Assembly: GCA_963705505.1 (NCBI GenBank)
Contig: CAVPJU010000003.1
Location: 96,001-160,000 of the forward strand
DNA from: an uncultured bacterium
GTDB lineage: Bacteria; Desulfobacterota_D; UBA1144; Nemesobacterales; UBA2774
Length of the DNA: 64,000 nucleotides
Reading direction: 5' to 3'
Shown: positions 52,741 through 64,000 of the stretch, piece after piece
How the letters are laid out: every line of letters begins with the position of its first letter
How positions within the stretch are numbered: position 1 is the first letter of the stretch
Made by a program: the position numbers and the translations under genes
The notes under the pieces: generated by a model
Seen by the model: only the letters and a program-made list of their open reading frames with translations
Told to the model about the DNA's origin: nothing
Database searches by the model: none

Positions 52741-54663
52741 ATGAATAATAAAAGAAGACCGAAAATTCTTGTAGGGTCCGACGAGAGGCTGTTTTCAGAC
52801 CTCAGCAAAATTCTCAGCAGACAGAATAGTCAAACTGATTTGGCCTCGAGTGCCGAGGAATTTATAGGAAAACTGAGAGACAAGCCCTATGACGTAGCTG
52901 TAATCGACACAACCGCTATCGACTTCTCGATCCCGGAGTTAATTACGCGCGTCAAATCGATTTCTCATAACACCGAGTTAATAATGATCACGGAGCCGGG
53001 CCGGGATTCCGATCCCCTATCGGATAATCCTCTCGATAACCTGGTGTACGGTTATATTGAAACGCCGGCCAGCGCTAAATACGTAGCGACCCTCGCGCTT
53101 AAGGCGCTTGAGAAACAGAGACTCCTTAAACCGGCAGCGGGTCAGAGCAAAGTCAGCCTGAACAGCGTGATCGAAACGGCCAGGAGCGGCCACAAGGATG
53201 ATGAAAATTTTCTCCTGGCCACTTCCGTGAACAGCCTGAATTCGGCAGTCACAATTACGGACATGCGCCGGAATATTATTTACATCAACCAGGCTCACAC
53301 GAGAACGTTCGGATACAAACCCGAGGAACTCATAGGAAAGAAGAGCGATGTGCTGTACCCGCTTGACGACCCCTCCGGGGTCAGCAGCAAGATTTATGAA
53401 GCGCTCGTAATGGTGGGATGGGAAGGTGAAAGGCTCGCCTTAAGGAAGAACGGGAACGCGTTTCCGGTGTACGAAAAAACTTCCGCCATCAAGGAGAAGG
53501 ACGGGACTCAACTGGGCATCGTCTCGATAATCGACGACATCACGGCCAGAAGAAGGCTCCAGCAGGCTTTGAAAGAATCCGAGGAGCGGTACAGGAGTTT
53601 TGTGGAAACGGCAAAGAGCGCAATCATAGCCGTGGACGGAGACGGTAAAGTTATCCTTTTCAACCCCGCTGCGGAAAAAATATTCGGATACCCGAAAGAC
53701 GAGATTATCGGGAAAGAGTTCAGCTGCCTGTTCCCCGAAAGGTATAAAGACATCACCGGGGTGGAGCTCAGCAAGGGCGGCTGGAACGGGTTTTCAGGTC
53801 TCATAGAATCGACGTCCGAGCTCACGGGACTCCACAAGAACGGTGATGAATTCCCCGTGGACGCATCTTTCTCCACGTGCAGGGTCGAAGGGAGATCCAT
53901 CCTGACCGCGATAATATTCGACATCACCGAAAGGAAGAATTTACAGGAGCAGCTGCTGCAATCGGCAAAGCTCGCAGCCGTGGGAGAGCTGATATCGGGC
54001 ATTACTCACGAGGTTAATAACCCGCTTGCCGTCGTTATCGGCTATTCCGAAATGCTCCTTGCCGAGTCCGATCTCAGCAACGAATCGAGGGAAGCCATAA
54101 AAGCCATACACGGCGAATCTGAGAGGGCTAAAAAGGTAATACAAAACATGCTCTCCTTCGCACGCAAGCACAGTCCCGTAAAGGAAGTAATACAGGTGAA
54201 TGACATCCTGGAAAAAACACTGGGCCTGACGGATTACGAGCTTAGAAAAAATTCCGTAAAAGTCGTCAAAGACCTCGATCCCAACCTCCCCGAGACAGTA
54301 GGCGACCCGAATCAGCTGCAGCAGGTTTTCCTCAACCTGATAATCAATTCACAGCAGGCAATGATGGAAATGAAGGACAACAGGCTGCTCACGATAAGAA
54401 GCAGGGTCAGGGAGACCGGAGACCCGGACAAGGCCGGGACCGGAAGCGTCATCCAAATCGCTTTTGAAGATAACGGCCCGGGCATCCCTGAAAAAATAAT
54501 AAAGAAGATATTCGACCCCTTCTACACGACAAAGCCCAAGGGAAAGGGCACGGGGCTCGGGCTCTCCGTATCTTTCGGCATCATAAAGGAACACGGCGGG
54601 GATATCTACGCCAGACCGAACGAGGGAAATGGAGCCACGTTCTTCGTCGAACTTCCGGCCTGA
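52741..54663 (+). CDS. Sensor histidine kinase (degenerate REC, two PAS domains, NtrB-like HisKA/HATPase)
   Basis: THEVNNPL H-box, QVFLNLIIN, DNGPGI, FDPFYTTK, GTGLGL; no TM segments. Confidence 0.92.
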   Translation: MNNKRRPKILVGSDERLFSDLSKILSRQNSQTDLASSAEEFIGKLRDKPYDVAVIDTTAIDFSIPELITRVKSISHNTELIMITEPGRDSDPLSDNPLDNLVYGYIETPASAKYVATLALKALEKQRLLKPAAGQSKVSLNSVIETARSGHKDDENFLLATSVNSLNSAVTITDMRRNIIYINQAHTRTFGYKPEELIGKKSDVLYPLDDPSGVSSKIYEALVMVGWEGERLALRKNGNAFPVYEKTSAIKEKDGTQLGIVSIIDDITARRRLQQALKESEERYRSFVETAKSAIIAVDGDGKVILFNPAAEKIFGYPKDEIIGKEFSCLFPERYKDITGVELSKGGWNGFSGLIESTSELTGLHKNGDEFPVDASFSTCRVEGRSILTAIIFDITERKNLQEQLLQSAKLAAVGELISGITHEVNNPLAVVIGYSEMLLAESDLSNESREAIKAIHGESERAKKVIQNMLSFARKHSPVKEVIQVNDILEKTLGLTDYELRKNSVKVVKDLDPNLPETVGDPNQLQQVFLNLIINSQQAMMEMKDNRLLTIRSRVRETGDPDKAGTGSVIQIAFEDNGPGIPEKIIKKIFDPFYTTKPKGKGTGLGLSVSFGIIKEHGGDIYARPNEGNGATFFVELPA

Positions 54664-54710
54664 TCTCAATTCCCTTGTGCCACTCCAAGTAATATATACT
54701 CGGCAGATTG

Positions 54711-56033
<1,323 letters not shown>

Positions 56034-56169
56034 TTAATTAGCGTTCCCGGCCATACACACTACGAGCCTCGCTGCGCATCCTGCTCCGCCGGGTCTCGTC
56101 ACGATTTCCTTATTGTTTTTGACTGCAAAAAGCAGCATGTAACTCTTTATGATAGAAGGAAAATTTGTT

Positions 56170-56583
56170 TCATATATCGAACACTATTTCGGCCATAAAT
56201 CTATCATTCACCTTTTGTATTTTCAAATTGTGGTATGTGGCCGCCTTTATATCGAGCTCAAGCTCGTGCCTTTCCGGGTCGATTTTTTCTCCCCTGAGCC
56301 TCCCCTTAAGCTTTTTCCCCTCCGTTAATTCGAGCGCGACATCGCTGAATACCATCTTACGGACCTGATGGAGGTAGAGTATCTCCCCGAGCATTTTTAC
56401 GAGGATTTCCTCCCCTGTTTCCCCCTCTACTTCGAATTCAACGTCGCCTTCGGGCTTTACAGCTTCTACCCCGGTTATAAGAGCCATCATGGCGAGAGCG
56501 GCGTTTCTTAATAAATCCACGAAACTCTTCCCGTAAACCCTTACCCTGATGTCGGCTGTATGTTCCAGAATCTCGTAGCTCAT
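56170..56583 (-). CDS. Archease
   Basis: EHTAD at the N-terminus, IKAATYH, C-terminal VFDI. Confidence 0.92.
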   Translation of the reverse strand: MSYEILEHTADIRVRVYGKSFVDLLRNAALAMMALITGVEAVKPEGDVEFEVEGETGEEILVKMLGEILYLHQVRKMVFSDVALELTEGKKLKGRLRGEKIDPERHELELDIKAATYHNLKIQKVNDRFMAEIVFDI

Positions 56584-56706
56584 TATAAACTATTTTAACA
56601 CGGTTTAACGGGCTGCCCCGAGCCCGTTTGCAATAGGAACCCGGAAGCGGTTACTATATTATATAATCGTTATTATATAACCAGACCCGGTCTATCGGAG
56701 GAGAAT

Positions 56707-57426
56707 ATGGGAAAGCTGAACAAAGATTTCGAACTCACCTACATGGGGCATTCGACCTTTAAGCTCAAAACCCCCGGCGGCAAGATCGTGCTCATAGACC
56801 CGTGGGTGCAAAATAACCCGGCCTGCCCGGACGGGTTGAAGAAAATAAGCGAACTCGACATCATGGCGGTTACGCACGGCCACTTCGACCATATAGGCGA
56901 CGCTGTGTCCATAGGAACGCAGCACCAGCCGAAGGTAGTGGGGATATACGAGATCTGCATATGGCTTAATTCCAAGGGTTTAAAAAATATAATGCCTATG
57001 AACAAAGGGGGCACTCAGTCGGTTGACGGAATCAAGTTCACGATGGTCCACGCCGACCACAGCTGCGGTATCCAGGAGGAGGACGGGTCCATAATCTACG
57101 GCGGGGAAGCCGTAGGATACATAATAGAGCTCGAAAACGGTTTCAGGTTCTACCATTCCGGGGATACGGCTGTCTTTAGCGATATGAAATTGATCGCAGA
57201 GATCTATAAGCCCGAGCTCGTGATGATCCCGATAGGAGACCTCTTCATCATGTCTCCCCTCGAAGCGGCACATGCGTGCAGGTTCCTCGCGGCAAAATAC
57301 GTTATACCAATGCACTACGGGACCTTTCCCGCACTTACGGGGACACCGGCTGATCTAAAAGCGCTTACGCGGGATATCAAGGGTATGGAGATCATTGCGC
57401 TCAAACCCGGAGAGACGCTGAGTTAG
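56707..57426 (+). CDS. Metallo-beta-lactamase fold hydrolase (UPF0173/UlaG-like)
   Basis: GHSTF, THGHFDH, YHSGDT, IPMHYGTF. Confidence 0.9.
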   Translation: MGKLNKDFELTYMGHSTFKLKTPGGKIVLIDPWVQNNPACPDGLKKISELDIMAVTHGHFDHIGDAVSIGTQHQPKVVGIYEICIWLNSKGLKNIMPMNKGGTQSVDGIKFTMVHADHSCGIQEEDGSIIYGGEAVGYIIELENGFRFYHSGDTAVFSDMKLIAEIYKPELVMIPIGDLFIMSPLEAAHACRFLAAKYVIPMHYGTFPALTGTPADLKALTRDIKGMEIIALKPGETLS

Positions 57427-57487
57427 GATTATAAAAGGGGTCGTTGAATTATCGGAACTTAATTGATTGATTTAATGGGGAGGGGTT

Positions 57488-58720
57488 ATGTACAGAATTT
57501 TCCACTTTATTTTCTTCGTATTTCTCATTCCGGTCTTCATCGCGTCATGCGATTCGTCAAGTACGGGAGACAGCGGGGGCGGGGGCGGCGGGGGTGGGAA
57601 CGTAACGTTCGGGCTTGAAGAGGCGTTCCCCGGTGTAACATTTGACAGGCCGGTGGATTTTCAGAACGCAGGAGACGGGACGAACCGCGTGTTCGTAGTC
57701 GAGCAGAAAGGGGTTATCAAGGTAGTGGGCCCCCTGTTAGCAGTTAGCGGTACAAGCGCCTCCCGGGAAAGCGTTATCAGGCAGGAGGACGTAAACGAGT
57801 TCCTCAATATTCAGGACAGGGTGCTATTCGACGAAGGAGAGCGCGGACTGCTCGGTCTCGCCTTTGACCCCGATTTTCAAAACAACGGATTTTTCTATGT
57901 AAATTACACGGCCGATAACCCCAACAGAACCGTGATATCACGTTTCAGGGTAAAAGAGGAAAACCCCAACCAGGCAGACCCTGGCAGCGAGCTTATAATA
58001 TTGGAATTCGACCAGCCCGGCGACCACCACAAGGGCGGCCAGATCGCTTTCGGACCGGATGACGGATTCTTGTACATCGCCGTGGGAGACGGGGGTGCTT
58101 CAAGCTTCACTGCCCAGGACCTGACCGACTTACTAGGCTCGATATTGCGGATTGACGTAAACAACCCTGAGGACGGAATGAATTACGGAATTCCGCCCGG
58201 TAACCCCTTTGCCGGGAACAGCTCCGGATTCAGGGAGGAGATTTTCGCCTACGGTTTCCGCAATCCCTGGAGGTTCGCCTTTGACGATTCGAACGGAAGG
58301 CTCTTCGCAGGCGACGTCGGCGAGGGAAGAATAGAAGAGATCGACGTAGTGGAGAATGGGAAAAATTACGGATGGAATATAATGGAAGGGAGCCTGTGCA
58401 TAACGCCGCCTTCAGGGTGCGACACGTCCGGGCTCGAGCTTCCGATTCATGAATACGGGAGGGACGAGGGGGGAACAATTATAGCGGGCCCCGTTTACAG
58501 AGGCTCGATATCGGAGCTCTTCGGGAAGTTCATTTACGGAGACTTCCTATCGGGCACCATCTGGGCTCTAAGCTATAACGGCTCGAGCGTAACCGAGAAT
58601 AAGGTAATAGTGGATACGGACGATCTCCCGATAACAGCGTTCGGCCGCGACGAAGGCGGAGAAGCTTACGTGTGTACTCTCGACGGTATAATCTATCGCC
58701 TGGTTAAAGCATCCGGTTAA
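57488..58720 (+). CDS. PQQ-dependent sugar dehydrogenase (GSDH family) lipoprotein
   Basis: IASC lipobox, ERGLLGLAF, HKGGQIAFGPD, YGFRNPWR, NYGW. Confidence 0.88.
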   Translation: MYRIFHFIFFVFLIPVFIASCDSSSTGDSGGGGGGGGNVTFGLEEAFPGVTFDRPVDFQNAGDGTNRVFVVEQKGVIKVVGPLLAVSGTSASRESVIRQEDVNEFLNIQDRVLFDEGERGLLGLAFDPDFQNNGFFYVNYTADNPNRTVISRFRVKEENPNQADPGSELIILEFDQPGDHHKGGQIAFGPDDGFLYIAVGDGGASSFTAQDLTDLLGSILRIDVNNPEDGMNYGIPPGNPFAGNSSGFREEIFAYGFRNPWRFAFDDSNGRLFAGDVGEGRIEEIDVVENGKNYGWNIMEGSLCITPPSGCDTSGLELPIHEYGRDEGGTIIAGPVYRGSISELFGKFIYGDFLSGTIWALSYNGSSVTENKVIVDTDDLPITAFGRDEGGEAYVCTLDGIIYRLVKASG

Positions 58721-59005
58721 AGAATATAGAGCGGACAGGGCGACCTCACACCAAAACCAATGAGGCCTCCCCCCCGGAAAGGAGCTCAGATTTATTGACA
58801 GTATTTTAATTATTTAATTGTCGTACGTTCCCGCCGTCTTCATTCGCGTATCCGCCTGAAATACTGCTCATGGCCGCCTAGGTTGCTTAAAATATTGAGA
58901 ATATTAAGAGAAGTCCCGTTCAGCACAAAATTGACAACAGCCCTCAAATGTGCTAATAATAATGGCTTGCCTTTTAAACAGGGGAGTTTTGTCTTCTGAA
59001 CGGCT

Positions 59006-60340
59006 ATGTTTGAGGGAATATCTGAAAAATTAAACGCCACTTTAAAGAAAGTAAGGGGCTATGGAAAGCTAAGCGAAAGCAATATTCAGGACGCTCTGAG
59101 GGAAGTCCGCCTGAGCCTCCTCGAAGCGGATGTGAACTTCAAGGTGGTAAGGGAATTTATCGAATCGGTAAAAAACCGCTCGCTCGGCCAGGAAGTTATG
59201 GGGAGCCTCTCGCCGGGCCAGCAGTTTGTAAAAATCGTCCACGAGGAGCTGATCAAGGTCCTCGGGGATGAGAGCTCCGAGCTCGACCTCAAGTCATCCC
59301 CTCCCGTCGCAATAATGCTCGTAGGGCTGCAGGGTTCGGGAAAAACCACCTCTGCTTCCAAGCTGGCCAAGCACCTTAAAGAGAAAACAAGAAGAAACCC
59401 CTATCTCGTTCCGGCCGACGTATACAGACCCGCTGCTATAGACCAGCTGAAGGTGCTCGCAAAACAGGTGGGTGCCGGTATATACGATACAAAACCGGGC
59501 ACGGGGCCATTGGAAATCTGCAAAAACGCAATGGAAGAAGCGCGGCTCGGCGGATACGACACCGTAATTATCGACACCGCCGGAAGGCTTCACATAGACG
59601 AAGAGCTCATGGAAGAGCTCAAAACAATAAAAGCGGAATTGAACCCGCATCAGGTGCTGCTCGTCGCGGATGCGATGACGGGTCAGGATGCGGTAAACGT
59701 TTCATCGAGTTTCAACGACGCGCTCGATATCGACGGAGTCATCCTTACGAAGATGGACGGTGACGCCAGGGGCGGAGCTGCGCTGTCGATCAAGTCGGTA
59801 ACGGGAAAGCCCATTAAATTTTTCGGCACCGGCGAGAAACTCGAAGCGCTCGAGGTATTTCACCCGGACAGGATCGCGTCCCGGATTCTCGGAATGGGGG
59901 ATATGCTCACCCTGATCGAAAAAGCGCAGACTGCATTCGAAGGGAAAAAAGCGGAAGAGATGGCGAGAAAGCTTTTGAAAAAGGAGTTTTCGCTCGTCGA
60001 TTTCAGGGAGGCCATGCTCGCTATGCGCAAGCTCGGCTCTCTTGACAGCATGACCCAGATGATCCCGGGCATGAAGCAAATCGCAAATAACCCCCGGGCC
60101 CTGGAAACGGCCGAGAAAGAAATAAAAAAAACTATCGCCATAATCGACTCGATGACCGAAAAAGAAAGAATCGATCATACATTGCTCAACAGCAGCAGGC
60201 GGAAGCGAATAGCAGGCGGAAGCGGTACGAGGGTCGAAGACATCAACCGGATGATAAAAAATTACATGCAGATGAAAAATATGATGAAGAATATGGGCAA
60301 AATGGGCAAAATTGCAAAAAGAATGATGAAATTTATGTAA
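59006..60340 (+). CDS. ffh: Signal recognition particle protein
   Basis: GLQGSGKTT, DTAGR, TKMDGDARGG, Met-rich M domain. Confidence 0.97.
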   Translation: MFEGISEKLNATLKKVRGYGKLSESNIQDALREVRLSLLEADVNFKVVREFIESVKNRSLGQEVMGSLSPGQQFVKIVHEELIKVLGDESSELDLKSSPPVAIMLVGLQGSGKTTSASKLAKHLKEKTRRNPYLVPADVYRPAAIDQLKVLAKQVGAGIYDTKPGTGPLEICKNAMEEARLGGYDTVIIDTAGRLHIDEELMEELKTIKAELNPHQVLLVADAMTGQDAVNVSSSFNDALDIDGVILTKMDGDARGGAALSIKSVTGKPIKFFGTGEKLEALEVFHPDRIASRILGMGDMLTLIEKAQTAFEGKKAEEMARKLLKKEFSLVDFREAMLAMRKLGSLDSMTQMIPGMKQIANNPRALETAEKEIKKTIAIIDSMTEKERIDHTLLNSSRRKRIAGGSGTRVEDINRMIKNYMQMKNMMKNMGKMGKIAKRMMKFM

Positions 60341-60401
60341 AAGACTTAATATTTTGAGTAAAGTTTATTAAAATAGATGTATACAAGGAGGTATTTGTAT
60401 T

Positions 60402-60635
60402 TTGGTTAAGATCAGGCTAATGAGGATTGGGTCAAAGAAAAACCCCTTTTACAGAATTGTGGCTACGGATTCGCGCTCGCCCCGTAACGGCAGATTTCTC
60501 GAGATTTTAGGTTATTACGACCCGAGGAAGAAACCCCATCAGTTAGAGGTCGATTCGGAGAGGGTCAAGGACTGGATCAGCAAAGGGGCTCAGACTACCG
60601 AGAGGGTAGGGAAATTGATATCTGCTTTGAACTAG
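60402..60635 (+). CDS. rpsP: 30S ribosomal protein S16
   Basis: VKIRL.R.G.K..PFYRIV; TTG start after AAGGAGG. Confidence 0.95.
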   Translation: MVKIRLMRIGSKKNPFYRIVATDSRSPRNGRFLEILGYYDPRKKPHQLEVDSERVKDWISKGAQTTERVGKLISALN

Positions 60636-60710
60636 GTTGGAGGCGGAAACGATATCGAGATAGAAATTACTTGATGGGCGTCGTCATAGAATACAGGGGA
60701 GGTATATGTT

Positions 60711-60950
60711 ATGGAAAAGCTTACGGAGCTCGTGACTTTCATCGCTAAATCACTGGTTGATAATCCCGAAAAGGTCGAAGTTCGTGAAGTCTCCGGTGAA
60801 CAGACGGCTGTTCTTGAATTAAAAGTCGCACAAGAGGACCTGGGGAAAATTATAGGGAAACAGGGAAAAACAGCAAAAGCGATCAGGACGATCCTGGGTG
60901 CTGCCGCTGCCAAAATGAGAAGAAGGGCAGTTCTTGAAATCCTAGAATAA
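60711..60950 (+). CDS. khpA: KH domain RNA-binding protein
   Basis: [17 protein letters not shown]; canonical position between rpsP and rimM. Confidence 0.92.
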   Translation: MEKLTELVTFIAKSLVDNPEKVEVREVSGEQTAVLELKVAQEDLGKIIGKQGKTAKAIRTILGAAAAKMRRRAVLEILE

Positions 60951-60969
60951 TTTTTACCCGTCAGTCAAT

Positions 60970-61485
60970 ATGGGGCTTATCAGTTACGGGAAGATCACGA
61001 GGGCCCACGGTTTAGCCGGAGGGGTAAGATTCGTACCGTTCAGCCGCCGGTCTGAAAGCCTCAATGCGCTCGAAAGAATCTTCATAGAGACGGCCCGGGG
61101 GCAAGATCCCGAAGGGTTTACTGTAAAGGAGTGCAGGCTCGACAAGGGCTCGGCAATCATAAAGCTCGAAGGGATCGATACAATCGACGAAGCTGCAAAG
61201 CTTATAGGACGCAATGTCTATATCGACAGGTCGGAGCTGCCCGAGCTGGAAGAAGACGAATTTTACTGGTTCGAGCTGATAGGGCTCGAAACCTATACCG
61301 AAGACGGTAAATATGTAGGAAGGGTCGAAAGCTTGATAGACAGGGCGCTCCAGAGCGTCCTCGTTGTAAAAAAAGACGATAAAGAAATACTCATTCCCCT
61401 TTCCGAGCCTATAATTAAGGAAATAAAACTTAAGGAATCGAAAATAATAATCTCTCCGATAGAGGGACTGCTCGACCAGGATTAA
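60970..61485 (+). CDS. rimM: 16S rRNA processing protein RimM
   Basis: GKITRAHGLAG, EFYWFELIG; operon position. Confidence 0.93.
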   Translation: MGLISYGKITRAHGLAGGVRFVPFSRRSESLNALERIFIETARGQDPEGFTVKECRLDKGSAIIKLEGIDTIDEAAKLIGRNVYIDRSELPELEEDEFYWFELIGLETYTEDGKYVGRVESLIDRALQSVLVVKKDDKEILIPLSEPIIKEIKLKESKIIISPIEGLLDQD

Positions 61486-61516
61486 CCGCACAAAACGACC
61501 GCCCGAGCTATAGACC

Positions 61517-62819
61517 ATGAAATTCGATATATTGACCATCTTCCCGGAATTCTTCGAATCCCCTTTCTCCTTCGGAATTTTCAAGAAGGCGATCGAGAGG
61601 AATATCGTGGAAATAAACACCCACGACATTAGGGACTACACCGGGGACAAACACAGGACTGTGGACGATGCGCCCTACGGCGGCGGGGGCGGTATGCTCA
61701 TGAAGCCCGAGCCTATAGGGGGAGCGGTCAAAAAAATCAAGAGGGCGGATTTAAGATCACTCGTAATCCTGACAACGCCGGGGGGCGAAATATTCTCCGA
61801 CGAGACAGCGAGGGAGATGGCAACGTACGATCAGCTCGTAATCATCTGCGGAAGGTACGAGGGAATAGACGAGAGGGTCAGGGAAATTCATGTGGACAAG
61901 GAGATATCGATTGGTGATTACGTGCTCTCGGGAGGGGAATACGCCGCCGCCGTCATCCTGGACAGCGTCGCGAGGTTCATTCCGGGATTCCTGGGAAACG
62001 AACTATCCACCCGAAAGGGACTCGTTCAATGAATGGCTCCTGGAGTACCCCCAATACACGAGACCCGAAGTCTATGAGGGCAGTAGAATCCCCGACGTCC
62101 TCCTTTCCGGCAACCATAAGGAGATCGGGGAATGGAGGCGTAAAGAGAGCATTAAGAGGACTTATTTAAGGAGACCCGAGATGCTCGACAGGGCACGCCT
62201 TACAATTGAGGACTTAAGTACGGTGAAAGAGTTAAAAAAGGTGAATCGTCCAATTTTTAAAGCCTATATTGCATTAGTGCATTATCCCGTATACAATAAT
62301 CGGCTCACGATTATAACCACGGCGTTCACGAATCTGGACGTCCACGATATTTCACGGGCTGGCACGACATACGGTATCGAGAAGTTTTACCTTGTTCAGC
62401 CCAACGGTGAGCAGCAGAAGCTTGCAGAGCGCGTGATCAGGCACTGGACCGAGGGAGAGGGGACGGCGGTTAACAAGTCGAGGTCCCAGGCGCTTGAATT
62501 CGTTGAAATTAAAGATTCTCTCGGGGATGCAATCAATGATATCGAGAGGATCGAGGGGCGCAGACCCAAGATAGTGGTTACCGATGCGCGGCCCCGTGGC
62601 AATATGATCGGTTACGGCGAATTGAGGGATATGATGTTCAGCGATAAACAAGACCCGTTTCTTTTGATTTTCGGAACGGGCTGGGGTCTTGCCGAGGAAA
62701 TAATGGAAACCGCCGACTACACCCTGAAACCCGTGAGCGGCTATACGGATTACAACCATCTTTCCGTGAGATCCGCTGCGGCTATCATACTAGACAGATT
62801 ATTTTCTTGTACAATATGA
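61517..62819 (+). CDS. trmD: tRNA m1G37 methyltransferase fused to a second SPOUT RNA methyltransferase domain; apparent +1 frameshift near 62009
   Basis: [32 protein letters not shown]; the other frame continues [10 protein letters not shown]...LLSGNH, then ALVHYPV...FGTGWGL...YNHLSVRSA without a stop. Confidence 0.9.
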
Positions 62820-62834
62820 AATGGGAGAAGTAAG

Positions 62835-63284
62835 ATGAATTTTGTAATTGAAATCGAAAAATCCATGATGAGATCCGACCTTCCGGAGTTCCGCTCGGGC
62901 GACACGGTAGCCGTGCACTATAAAATCAAAGAGGGCGACAGGGAAAGGATACAGGTGTTCGAAGGCGTCGTCATAGCAAAGAAGAATGGAGGGGTGCGCG
63001 AGACCTTCATAGTAAGAAAGGTCTCATACGGAGTCGGAGTAGAAAGGATATTCCCCCTTCATTCACCGCTCATCGACAAGATAGAAGTGAAAAGGAAAGG
63101 TAAAGTAAGGAAAGCCAAGCTCTACTACCTGAGAGGGCGCTCGAAGAAAGCGAGCAGGATCAAGGAAAGGTCGAGATACGAGCAGATCCTCCCGTCAAAC
63201 GGACAATCACAGTTACCTGCCGAGACCGACGTCGAGATCGAAGCGGACGCCGGGGGCACGGAAGACAACACCACGGCTCAGTAA
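62835..63284 (+). CDS. rplS: 50S ribosomal protein L19
   Basis: [32 protein letters not shown]. Confidence 0.97.
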   Translation: MNFVIEIEKSMMRSDLPEFRSGDTVAVHYKIKEGDRERIQVFEGVVIAKKNGGVRETFIVRKVSYGVGVERIFPLHSPLIDKIEVKRKGKVRKAKLYYLRGRSKKASRIKERSRYEQILPSNGQSQLPAETDVEIEADAGGTEDNTTAQ

Positions 63285-63389
63285 CAACAAGAATTATTTC
63301 TACTTCCTATCGATGTCTTTTGATCCGCCGGACAGTGCTCCGGCGTTCAAATCCAGCCGGAGTCAGGTCGGAACTCCGCAGATTTACTA

Positions 63390-64000
63390 TTACTCCAGGT
63401 CTTTATACTTGACCACGATATCGTCTTTGAAGTCGAGAACGAAGCAAGTGTGCCAGTACCCTTCTTCATCGAAGCATTCAAAAGACCATTTCTCCCCATT
63501 TTTACCGTTCTCTTTTTTAGACGGCTCTCCCATGGCCCGACGCGCTTCGTCTTTGGTCATCCCCAGCGCAGGGTAATTATTTTTTATTCCCCACCTTATT
63601 TTCTTTAACGCCTTCTCGTCCCTAACGACGACCTCTGTTTTCTTGTCGGTCACACTGACTTCATCGCTGACCTTACCGCCGCCGTTTTTGTCATCTATGT
63701 CGACGTTTTCGGAAACGCTCTCGGAATCACAGCTCCAGACGAGCACGCCGTCGGCAATGGCCGTCGGCTTGTCGGGCATTTTCTCACTCACTTCACCGAT
63801 AGTCTCCTTTATGTACACACCTGCCTTCTCATCGCTTGCGTTAATATATTCTACCGTCCTGTTCTCACACTGGCCCGGCCTCCAGCTCTGCATGACGGAA
63901 GCTACCCCGAACGCTCTCTCACTCAGACGCTCTGTAAGGAGCTTCCCGGAGCCTTCATTTCCGGAATCCTTTACGGCCCTTATGTTGCCGACAAGAAGAA
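63390..64000 (-). CDS. Hypothetical protein (5'-partial) with a C-terminal SmpA/OmlA-like motif
   Basis: Frame is open from the window edge to 63390; LGMTKDEARRAMGEP...EKWSF...LDFKDDIV. Confidence 0.6.
   Translation of the reverse strand, partial: LLVGNIRAVKDSGNEGSGKLLTERLSERAFGVASVMQSWRPGQCENRTVEYINASDEKAGVYIKETIGEVSEKMPDKPTAIADGVLVWSCDSESVSENVDIDDKNGGGKVSDEVSVTDKKTEVVVRDEKALKKIRWGIKNNYPALGMTKDEARRAMGEPSKKENGKNGEKWSFECFDEEGYWHTCFVLDFKDDIVVKYKDLE

Noticed and set aside
58920..58960. CIRCE-like inverted repeat upstream of ffh
   Set aside because: AGCACA/TGTGCT arms are about 20 bp apart rather than the 9-bp CIRCE spacer, and the arms are incomplete; more likely just a sigma-70 promoter region (TTGACA at 58931).
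61990..62035. Programmed ribosomal frameshift in trmD
   Set aside because: No canonical slippery heptamer with downstream structure identified, and similar single-base shifts occur in five unrelated genes, pointing to sequencing error.

Overview
Bacterial chromosomal window, mostly core genes: the 3' end of a Rieske/cytochrome bc operon, NDH-2, degP, gatB, gatCA, carA, iorAB-like, nfi, gshB, rsmI, rpsB-tsf-pyrH-frr, serS and ffh-rpsP-khpA-rimM-trmD-rplS. The gene set looks deltaproteobacteria-like, possibly Ca. Dadabacteria (inference, not tested). The clearest non-coding structure is an integration hotspot at a minus-strand tRNA-Ser(TGA) (40142-40227). Two ~206-bp att-like direct repeats (tRNA 3' half plus a ~150-bp conserved arm) delimit two integrase-less mini-cassettes of ~2.2 and ~1.1 kb, each carrying one intact cargo gene. 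A 21-codon integrase-like stub and similar arm repeats sit on the 5' side of the tRNA. Other candidate systems are: (i) a 562-aa protein with a hidden class II aldolase-like metal site next to phosphatase, phytase-like and ATP-grasp genes; (ii) a translationally coupled monoheme cytochrome c lipoprotein and 12-repeat beta-propeller lipoprotein; (iii) a circularly permuted TrxB-like flavoprotein fused to a membrane polyferredoxin, flanked by DUF547 and GT2 genes behind an ECF sigma/anti-sigma pair. Six genes, including trmD, carry apparent frameshifts that are most likely sequencing indels. No CRISPR array, rRNA, intact integrase or transposase was seen. Family names come from motif recognition only; no searches were run.
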